Source: Verrucomicrobiota bacterium
GTDB taxonomy: Bacteria > Verrucomicrobiota > Verrucomicrobiia > Limisphaerales > JACPZS01
NCBI GenBank assembly: GCA_016195385.1
Contig: JACPZS010000086.1
Location: forward strand, 5,671-69,670
Reading direction: 5' to 3'
Length of the DNA stretch: 64,000 nt
A model generated the notes under the pieces. That model searched no databases. It was given only the letters and a program-made list of their open reading frames with translations, and had not been told where the DNA came from. A program made the translations under genes and the position numbers. Positions 31,401 to 37,732 of the stretch are shown here, piece by piece (positions within the stretch are counted from its first letter, which is position 1; each line of letters starts with the position of its first letter).

Positions 31401-32260
31401 GCAACGGCACGCTCGACGTGATCGAGGCGCACTTCGATCGCGCGATGAACAAAATCGTTCCGTGGCGGGATTGGGAAACGGTGACGAAGGCGGTTCCTTA
31501 CTTGATCGGCAGGACAGCCAGTTTTCGCGCCTTCGCGGCAGCGAGCGTGGCGGAGATTTTGGGAGACGATTTTGTTCGCGCAAAGGAATGGAGTGCGACC
31601 ACGCTCGATTCGATGGTGTTTTTGAATCGCGGCTCCCGCTTTGAAGCGAAACCGTTGCCCGTGGAAGCGCAATTCGCGCCGGCTTTCGGTGTGTGCGTCG
31701 GTGACTTCGACGGCGACGGGCACGAGGATATTTTTCTCAGTCAAAATTTTTTCGATCAAGAATGGGAGACGTCGCGCTACGACGCCGGGCAGGGCCTTTG
31801 GTTGCGCGGCGACGGCGCGGGGAATTTTTCGGCGATGAGCGGTTCGGCGAGTGGCATCAAAATTTTCGGCGAGCAACGCGGCTGTGCGCTGGCGGATTTC
31901 GATGGCGATGGGCGAGTGGATTTGGTGGTCGCGCAAAATGCGGCGGCGACGAAATTGTTCCGGAACGTCGGCGCCAAGCCGGGTTTACGCGTGCGGTTGA
32001 ATGCGGGGCCGCACAACTCGACGGGCGTCGGCGCGGTGGCGCGCTTGCTGATCGGCGAAGTAGCCGGCCCGGCGCGGGAAGTTCATCTCGGTTCCGGTTA
32101 TTGGTCGCAGGACAGCGCGGTGCAAGTAATGAACGGGCGCGGTGCGCCAACCGCGATGCAAGTACGTTGGCCCGGCGGCAAAACAACGACGACGGCAATC
32201 CCAGTGCAGGCGCGGGAGATCGAAGTGAACAATTCGGGCGAGCTTAAAGTGCTTCACTAG
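28484..32260 (+). CDS. CRTAC1 / ASPIC-UnbV family FG-GAP repeat protein, double-module (paralog 3)
   Basis: The GTG start overlaps the upstream TGA (GTGA), 1258 aa. It has a hydrophobic N-terminal segment (FAIWSRVFCIVACCLSL). The FG-GAP loops and two UnbV/ASPIC-like segments occur in the same order as in paralogs 1 and 2. Confidence 0.9.
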   Translation: MSDETLRPVFRRASCGRARFAIWSRVFCIVACCLSLNSAELKWQSAAGYRWAELSPPPSEKVGFTLLPSATTGITFSNRLTEAQAAENRILENGSGVALGDIDGDGWCDIYFCRLDGPNVLYRNLGDWKFEDITASAGVACVGQFSTGAVFADVDGDGDLDLLVNGIGAGTRCFLNDGKGHFSELNESGLIRKFGSTSLALADVDGDGDLDLYVTNYRTTNFKDAPPGVAPQIKMVDGKPVATPADRFTAIVTTQNGAPAGALIEKGEADFLYLNDGKGHFVPASWTDGSFRNEDGNALTGPPQDWGLSVMFRDLNGDGAPDLYVCNDYLFFPDRVWMNDGHGKFRAIPKLALRHGSGSSMTVDFADINRDGFDDFFVADMLSRDHQMTLRQRPRILREAVASPFGAIDNRPEVNRNTLFLNRGDGTFAEIAHLAGLPASEWSWSAVFLDVDLDGYEDLLVATGNFHDVLDGDMLKQVSATSSRASAEEHQKNLLKFPHLERAKLAFRNRRDLTFEEIGAAWGFEAIGVSHGMALADLDHDGDLDVVINNLNAPAGIYRNDTAASRVAVRLKGRAPNTAGVGARVRVLGGPVAQSQEMICGGRYLSGDEAMRVFAAGSFTNDLTIEVNWRGGQRSVVAHARANRVYEIDDAGATTTATTLANEGARGKENAAVTNTPAFFQDVSALIAHVHHDEPFDDFERQPLLPKRLSQLGPGVAWFDFDGDGWDDLLIGSGKGGRLAVFRNDTRGGFQPIEELQRTGAVARDQTTILGWSPNPGDAVVFVGAANYEDGKTNGACVRAYDLKRKEIENLLPARVASVGAIALADIDGDGDLDLFVGGRVLAGRYPEAASSCLYRNVDGKFELDEMNSARLDKIGLVSAAVFSDIDGDGDADLILACEWGPVRIFRNDTGQFVEATKDFGLDKFTGWWNGVTTGDVDGDGRLDIIASNWGRNTKYRTHLEQPLRIYYGDFDGNGTLDVIEAHFDRAMNKIVPWRDWETVTKAVPYLIGRTASFRAFAAASVAEILGDDFVRAKEWSATTLDSMVFLNRGSRFEAKPLPVEAQFAPAFGVCVGDFDGDGHEDIFLSQNFFDQEWETSRYDAGQGLWLRGDGAGNFSAMSGSASGIKIFGEQRGCALADFDGDGRVDLVVAQNAAATKLFRNVGAKPGLRVRLNAGPHNSTGVGAVARLLIGEVAGPAREVHLGSGYWSQDSAVQVMNGRGAPTAMQVRWPGGKTTTTAIPVQAREIEVNNSGELKVLH

Positions 32261-32297
32261 GACGGGCGTTGAAATTATTCTGTGACGCGAAGCCCGT

Positions 32298-34259
32298 ATG
32301 AATTTGGAATGGCTGTTGTTTCTGTTGCTCGTGCCGTTCGTGCTCCTGCCGCTGTTCACGCGGACACGCAGATCGAATGCGTGGAGGTGGGGAGCGGGTT
32401 TGAGCGTCGTCGCGTTGACTGTTTTGGGCGCGGGCTTCTGGGAGCGAAAACAATTTCTGCGTGCTTCAACTCGTGAAGCATTTCTCAAAACGGTGCCGCG
32501 CCAGGGCCGGCCGGATGGTTACCTTTCTTCCGACCAATGCGCTTCGTGTCATCCCGATCAATACGCGAGTTGGCATGGTACGTTTCATCGCACCATGACG
32601 CAGTACGCCTCACTCAGCGCGGTGGTCGGGCGCTTTGACGTCACGCCACTCGAGTTGAACGGCGAAACCTACCGGCTGGAGAAACGCGGCGAGGAATTTT
32701 GGGTCGAGATGCCGGATCCAGATTGGAAAAGCGACCCGGTGAATGCCCAGCGCGCGAAGCTCGGCACGCTCGCGCCCGCGCCGCGGGTTTGGAAGCGAGT
32801 TGGTTTGCTCACCGGCTCGCATCACATGCAGATTTACTGGGTGTCGAGCCGTGTGGGAAATTTGCAGCGGCTCTTTCCGTTTGCTTGGTTGATCGCCGAC
32901 CAGCGCTGGGTGCCGGTGCATGACACGTTTCTGCGCGACCCGACCTTCCCGCCGTTTGACCACATCTGGAACGTTAATTGCATCAAATGCCACAGCACCG
33001 GCGGCCAGCCGCAAGTGGACGCGCGCACGGGCACCGTGGACACGCGTGCAGGTGAACTCGGCATTGCCTGCGAAGCCTGCCACGGCCCCGCCGAGGAACA
33101 CGTGCGTGTGAATCACGATCTGCGGCGTCGGTACCTGGCGCATCGTGAGAACAAGGGCGACGTGACGGTTTTCAATCCGAAGCGGTCGAATAAACAAGTT
33201 TCTTCGCAAGCGTGCGGGCAGTGCCACGGCATCAAATGGATTCCAGCGGCGGAGAATTTTAACGCTCATGGATTTCGTTTTCGTCCGGGCCAGGATTTGA
33301 ATGAAACAACGCCAGTTGTCCGTCCCGCGCTCGCGAGCCAAAAGGTCTGGTTGAGTGAACGGCTGAAGCAAAGTCCAAAATTTGTGGAAGAGCATTATTG
33401 GTCGGACGGAATGGTGCGCGTTTCGGGCCGCGAGTATAACGGCCTCGTGGACTCGGCCTGCCACGAACGGGGCGAATTGAGTTGTGTCTCATGTCATTCG
33501 GCGCACGCGAGCAAGCCCGACGATCAATTGGCCGCGAAGATGGAGACGAGCGAAGCGTGCCTGCAATGCCACGATTCGTTTCGCAAAAAAATTCGCGAGC
33601 ACACGCATCACGCGCCGGGTTCGAGCGGCAGCGAATGTTACAACTGCCACATGCCGTACACGACTTACGGGCTGTTGAAAGCGATTCGCAGTCACAAGAT
33701 CGACAGTCCCAGCGTGAGCAGCAGCGTCCAGACGGGCCGGCCCAACGCCTGCAACTTGTGTCATCTCGATCAAAGTCTCGGCTGGACGGCGCAGCATTTG
33801 AAGGAGTGGTACAACCTCGCGCCGGTGGAATTAACGACGGAACAAAAAGAAATTTCCGCCGCCGTGTTGTGGTTGCTCAAAGGCGACGCCGGTCAGCGCG
33901 CGCTCATCGCCTACAGCATGGGCTGGGACGTGGCAAAAATGGTTTCGGGACAAGACTGGCTCGCGCCTTATCTGGCGCAATTGCTCGTCGATCCATATTC
34001 AGCGGTGCGCTACATCGCCGGGCGCTCGCTGCAACGGCTGCAGGGCTACGAAAAATTGAACTATGATTTTGTCGCGTCACCGAATGAGCGCGCGAAGGCG
34101 CAAACCAGCGCACTCGGGATTTGGAGGCAGGCGTCGGCGAGCCGGTTGGATCGCAGCGGCGCGAGGATCTTGATTGAATCGGGCACGGGTTTGCAGCAAG
34201 AGCGCTTTGATCGAATTTTGAAGCAGCGCGACGATCACTCGATGGATTTGCAGGAGTGA
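32298..34259 (+). CDS. membrane-anchored multiheme (eight CXXCH) cytochrome c with C-terminal HEAT-like repeats
   Basis: 653 aa with N-terminal hydrophobic helices. The eight CXXCH motifs are CASCH, CIKCH, CEACH, CGQCH, CVSCH, CLQCH, CYNCH and CNLCH. The C-terminal helical repeats resemble HEAT repeats (DPYSAVRYIAGRSLQRL). Confidence 0.85.
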   Translation: MNLEWLLFLLLVPFVLLPLFTRTRRSNAWRWGAGLSVVALTVLGAGFWERKQFLRASTREAFLKTVPRQGRPDGYLSSDQCASCHPDQYASWHGTFHRTMTQYASLSAVVGRFDVTPLELNGETYRLEKRGEEFWVEMPDPDWKSDPVNAQRAKLGTLAPAPRVWKRVGLLTGSHHMQIYWVSSRVGNLQRLFPFAWLIADQRWVPVHDTFLRDPTFPPFDHIWNVNCIKCHSTGGQPQVDARTGTVDTRAGELGIACEACHGPAEEHVRVNHDLRRRYLAHRENKGDVTVFNPKRSNKQVSSQACGQCHGIKWIPAAENFNAHGFRFRPGQDLNETTPVVRPALASQKVWLSERLKQSPKFVEEHYWSDGMVRVSGREYNGLVDSACHERGELSCVSCHSAHASKPDDQLAAKMETSEACLQCHDSFRKKIREHTHHAPGSSGSECYNCHMPYTTYGLLKAIRSHKIDSPSVSSSVQTGRPNACNLCHLDQSLGWTAQHLKEWYNLAPVELTTEQKEISAAVLWLLKGDAGQRALIAYSMGWDVAKMVSGQDWLAPYLAQLLVDPYSAVRYIAGRSLQRLQGYEKLNYDFVASPNERAKAQTSALGIWRQASASRLDRSGARILIESGTGLQQERFDRILKQRDDHSMDLQE

Positions 34260-34314
34260 ATCTTGCGAATCGGTATGAACCGAGGCGAATTTTTTTTGAA
34301 ACCCCAAACACGAC

Positions 34315-34815
34315 ATGAAATATAGACCTGACGATGGAGTTGCCGCTTGCGCCCGCAAACACCTGCGATGCGGTTGGTGGGCGCTGTTGTTTTTTTTGAC
34401 GCTGGGCATCTTGTTGGAGGCGCTGCATGGATTCAAAGTTGGCGCCTATTTGAACGTGAGCAATTCGACACGCCGACTGATGTGGACGCTGGCGCACGCG
34501 CACGGGGCCTTGCTGGCCCTCATCAACATCGCGTTCGGATTGACCGTGCGAGCGTTGACCGAGTGGCCGGCCAACCGGCGGAGCGTGGCTTCGGCCTGCC
34601 TCGTCGGCGCGAGTGTGCTGTTGCCGGGCGGATTTTTTGTTGGAGGAATCGTCATTTACGGCGGTGATCCAGGGCTGGGAATTTTGCTCGTTCCTCTCGG
34701 CGCGCTGTTGCTTTTCATCGCGGTGTTCCAGACGGCACGCGCGACGAATGGAATCAAGTCAACGGATGTGACCGAAGCGGCTTCTGCCAGAAAAAGCGGC
34801 GCGGATAAACACTGA
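34315..34815 (+). CDS. small integral membrane protein (about 4 TM helices), function unknown
   Basis: 166 aa with four hydrophobic stretches (WWALLFFLTLGILLEAL, LMWTLAHAHGALLALINIAFGL, ACLVGASVLLPGGFFVGGIVI, LGILLVPLGALLLFIAVF). It starts 55 nt after the cytochrome gene on the same strand. Confidence 0.6.
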   Translation: MKYRPDDGVAACARKHLRCGWWALLFFLTLGILLEALHGFKVGAYLNVSNSTRRLMWTLAHAHGALLALINIAFGLTVRALTEWPANRRSVASACLVGASVLLPGGFFVGGIVIYGGDPGLGILLVPLGALLLFIAVFQTARATNGIKSTDVTEAASARKSGADKH

Positions 34816-34910
34816 ACGGACTTTGAGTGACAGGTTGCGGACATGGACGAAGTGCGCTGCCGACGGGCATTTTGCGCCGCAATTGCAGCAGGAGGATTTT
34901 GCAGCACGAG

Positions 34911-34954
34911 TTTGTAACTGATTCGTAACAATTCCGACCTTTGTCCGTAACCTG
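34911..34954 (+). promoter_or_regulatory. Pho-box-like array: four 11-bp phased units (TTTGTAACTGA TTCGTAACAAT TCCGACCTTTG TCCGTAACCTG)
   Basis: GTAAC recurs at 34914, 34925 and 34947 in exact 11/22-bp phasing, and the array ends 51 nt upstream of the porin ATG. The same 44-bp architecture is found upstream of pstS at 46127..46170. Confidence 0.5.
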
Positions 34955-35004
34955 ACTTCCTTAGTTTAACGGCGAACAAACGACAACCTTTGGATAACCA
35001 GAAC

Positions 35005-36399
35005 ATGAAACAATCGAGTAAGCGATGGAGGATGAACCGAAACCTGCGGATTGCGGCCGCCGCGCTGTTGGCGAGCACGGCGTTTGTCGAGGCGGCGCAC
35101 AGCCAGGCGGTGGATGCGTTGCTCGACAAGCTGGTGGAGAAAGGAATTTTGAGCACCAAGGAAGCCAACGCACTGAAGCAGGAGAGCGATGAGGGATTCA
35201 CTAAAGCCTATCAGGTGAAGAGTGGCATGCCGGATTGGGTCAGCAGCCTGAAATTCAACGGTGATTTCCGCGGGCGAATTGAAGCATTCAATTCCGACAA
35301 TCCGGCCAGCATTGACCGCACTCGCTATCGCTACCGCCTACGCTACGGAGTAGTGGCGACCCTGAAAGATGACTTTGAAGTTGGTTTTCGCCTCGCTTCG
35401 GCCGACGCGACCGGCGGGTTTGGTGGCAATCCAGTTTCCGCCAATACCACGCTTCAAGGTGGCGGCTCGCGAAAATTTGTTTACATCGATGTGGCCTACG
35501 CGAAATGGACTCCGCTGCATGATGGCACGTGGACTGCCAGCGCAACGATTGGAAAAATGGACAACCCGTTTCAGGTTTCCAGCATGATTCTTGACCCGGA
35601 TTATCAGCCCGAGGGCGCGGCTTTGCAGGCTGGCTACAACTTCAACGAAAAGCACGGTCTCAAGTTGAATGGCGCGTTCTTTGCGCTTGCTGAACTCAAC
35701 CAGGCCACGCTGGCAAATCCCGCTCCAAGCCATGACCCGTTCCTGATCGGGGCCCAATTAGTTTGGGAAGCGAAATGGACGAAGAAAATCGAAACAGCCC
35801 TCGGGATCTCGGCGTTCAACCTGGCGAACAAGTCCAATCTGGATAACGCAATCGTTCCAAACGTCAACGACGGGAACACGCGCGGTGGCGACGGCTTGCT
35901 GGCGAATAATTACAACCCCATCGTAGGAAGCGCTGCCATCACTTTCAAGTTGGACAGTTTTCCGCTCTACCAGGGACAATTTCCAATTCGCCTGGCTGGC
36001 GAGTTTATGAAGAATCCGGGCGCGCCTTCGCAGAACGAAGGCCGTTGGGGCGGAGTCATGTTCGGCAAAGCGGGTCATAAGGGAGCGTGGGATCTTTCTT
36101 ACCGCTATCAACGTCTCGAGGCGGATGCCTGGTATGAAGAGGTCGTGGATGACGATAACGGGGCTTACTATCAGCAGCAGCTCATCGGCGCAGGTTTTAC
36201 CAGCGGCACCAATCCGGCTGGGGCCGGTTATCGTGGCGGCACCAATGTGAAGGGCCACTTGATCAAGGCCAACTATTCCATCACGGACGCCCTTACCTTC
36301 ACGCTGACCTACTATATGAACGAGTTAATCAAGGTCAGCCCGGCAGGTTCGGTGAACGGTGCTAATCATTTCATGGCGGATCTCAGTTGGAAATTCTGA
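35005..36399 (+). CDS. outer-membrane beta-barrel porin, probably phosphate-starvation inducible
   Basis: The ATG at 35005 gives the signal peptide MKQSSKRWRMNRNLRIAAAALLASTAFVEAAHS. An N-terminal helical segment (LLDKLVEKGILSTKEANALK) is followed by an alternating beta-strand pattern. The C-terminal ...ADLSWKF has the aromatic terminus typical of OM barrels. The Pho linkage is inferred from the upstream repeat array. The stop lies only 6 nt from the stop of the convergent TolC-like gene. Confidence 0.72.
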   Translation: MKQSSKRWRMNRNLRIAAAALLASTAFVEAAHSQAVDALLDKLVEKGILSTKEANALKQESDEGFTKAYQVKSGMPDWVSSLKFNGDFRGRIEAFNSDNPASIDRTRYRYRLRYGVVATLKDDFEVGFRLASADATGGFGGNPVSANTTLQGGGSRKFVYIDVAYAKWTPLHDGTWTASATIGKMDNPFQVSSMILDPDYQPEGAALQAGYNFNEKHGLKLNGAFFALAELNQATLANPAPSHDPFLIGAQLVWEAKWTKKIETALGISAFNLANKSNLDNAIVPNVNDGNTRGGDGLLANNYNPIVGSAAITFKLDSFPLYQGQFPIRLAGEFMKNPGAPSQNEGRWGGVMFGKAGHKGAWDLSYRYQRLEADAWYEEVVDDDNGAYYQQQLIGAGFTSGTNPAGAGYRGGTNVKGHLIKANYSITDALTFTLTYYMNELIKVSPAGSVNGANHFMADLSWKF

Positions 36400-36405
36400 T
36401 GCCGC

Positions 36406-37713
36406 CTACTTCGCCATTTGGCTGCCAGCCTTATGTCCAGTCTGGAAGTCGAGGACGGCCCGCTGGATGAGTTGTTCGTATCGCGCCGTGGCCAGTGCGA
36501 CTTCTGCGGTTGTCTTGTTCAATTGTGACTGGGTAAGTTCAGCAAGCGAACTGATACCGGCCTTGTACCTGGCCTCGGCGAGTTCAAACGAGCGGCTCGC
36601 TGTTTGGAATAACTTCTCGGTGAGGCCAACTCTTTCGGCGGCGTTGCGCGCATTGAGCCACGCCACGCGGACATCGCTGATGATGATCTCTTCTTCGCCG
36701 CGCAATTCCTCCGCAGCGACCCTGCTCTTGAGCAGGGCCGCTTTGCGCCTCGATTCAAATTGCCAGCCGTTGAAAATTGGCAGGCTCAGGTTAAGTCCGG
36801 CGGCGAGATAATTGTCCGGCAGTTTGGAGTTATGTTCGGGAAGCAATCCGCCGACGCCGATGGCACTGATGACGGGATAATGCAAAGCCCGTTCGGCATC
36901 GGCGAATTTTTTCGCGGCGTCGCGTTCCAGACTCAGGCGTGCCACTTCCGGCCGGTTGGCAAGAGCGGCGGCGATGAACAAGTGAACTTCGTCGGCCAGT
37001 ACGGCCGGCGGCGGCTCGTCGGCAAGCAATCGAACATAACCCTCCCGATCTCCCAACAGCGCGGCCAGCCGGGATTGCGCGGCCTTTTCGTCATTCTCCG
37101 CGCGCGACATGAGCACGCTGGCTTCGGCGAGCGCGGTTTCGGCGAAGCTGACATCCAGTTCAGACTTGAGCCGATTGGCGGCCAGCAACGCTACTTGATC
37201 GCGCAACAACTGACGCGTATTCACCGTTTGCTCGGCTACCTGGCGCACGGCTTTGGCTTGGAGCGATGAAAAGTAGGCGAAGTCCACCAATAGCAAAATT
37301 TGGGCGCGTGTCGCTTCGACATTTTTTTGTGCGGCCCGGGCATGGAGTCGGGCGCTCTCCAACAGATTCCAGGTTCGTCCAAAGTCAAACACCTGCCAGT
37401 TGACGGTTAAGCCGAAAGCCCCTCGATCATAAATGATCGGGTTGTTCAGCCCTCCGGCCGCGACTCGATTGTTGTCGCCATCGGTACCAACGACTGTGGC
37501 GTTGCCGGTCAGCGAAGGGAAAAATGGTGACCGCGCCTCGATGTCACTTTCTTTGGCAACGAGGGCGCGCAGTTCCGCGATCGTGATGCGCGGATGCACC
37601 TTCAACGCCAGTTCTTCCGCATCGTGTAAAGTCAGGGGAAGTGCATTGGTTTCCGCAGTAGCCGGGACAACCACAGCGAACAAAAGGATCAAGAACGAGG
37701 TGAATCGTCTCAT
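36406..37713 (-). CDS. TolC-like outer membrane efflux factor
   Basis: The ORF track starts at 37767, overlapping the RND gene. The ATG at 37713 gives the signal peptide MRRFTSFLILLFAVVVPATA. It has a two-fold repeat helical/beta architecture, and the LTLHDAEELALKVHP and SLQAKAVRQVAEQ segments are typical of the OMF family. Confidence 0.85.
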   Translation of the reverse strand: MRRFTSFLILLFAVVVPATAETNALPLTLHDAEELALKVHPRITIAELRALVAKESDIEARSPFFPSLTGNATVVGTDGDNNRVAAGGLNNPIIYDRGAFGLTVNWQVFDFGRTWNLLESARLHARAAQKNVEATRAQILLLVDFAYFSSLQAKAVRQVAEQTVNTRQLLRDQVALLAANRLKSELDVSFAETALAEASVLMSRAENDEKAAQSRLAALLGDREGYVRLLADEPPPAVLADEVHLFIAAALANRPEVARLSLERDAAKKFADAERALHYPVISAIGVGGLLPEHNSKLPDNYLAAGLNLSLPIFNGWQFESRRKAALLKSRVAAEELRGEEEIIISDVRVAWLNARNAAERVGLTEKLFQTASRSFELAEARYKAGISSLAELTQSQLNKTTAEVALATARYEQLIQRAVLDFQTGHKAGSQMAK

Positions 37714-37732
37714 GCGATTGGGAAGAGGGATT

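Noticed and set aside
20998-31936. Very long minus-strand ORFs (20998..22449, 24612..25688, 28682..29782, 30071..31936; up to 621 aa) opposite the three CRTAC1-type genes.
   Set aside because: They mirror sense-strand genes with strong, repeated and recognisable motifs. Their translations are Arg/Ala/Val/Ile-rich and low in complexity, with no motif I recognise. Gly/Asp-rich GC-biased sense codons rarely produce stops on the antisense strand. I treat them as shadow ORFs.
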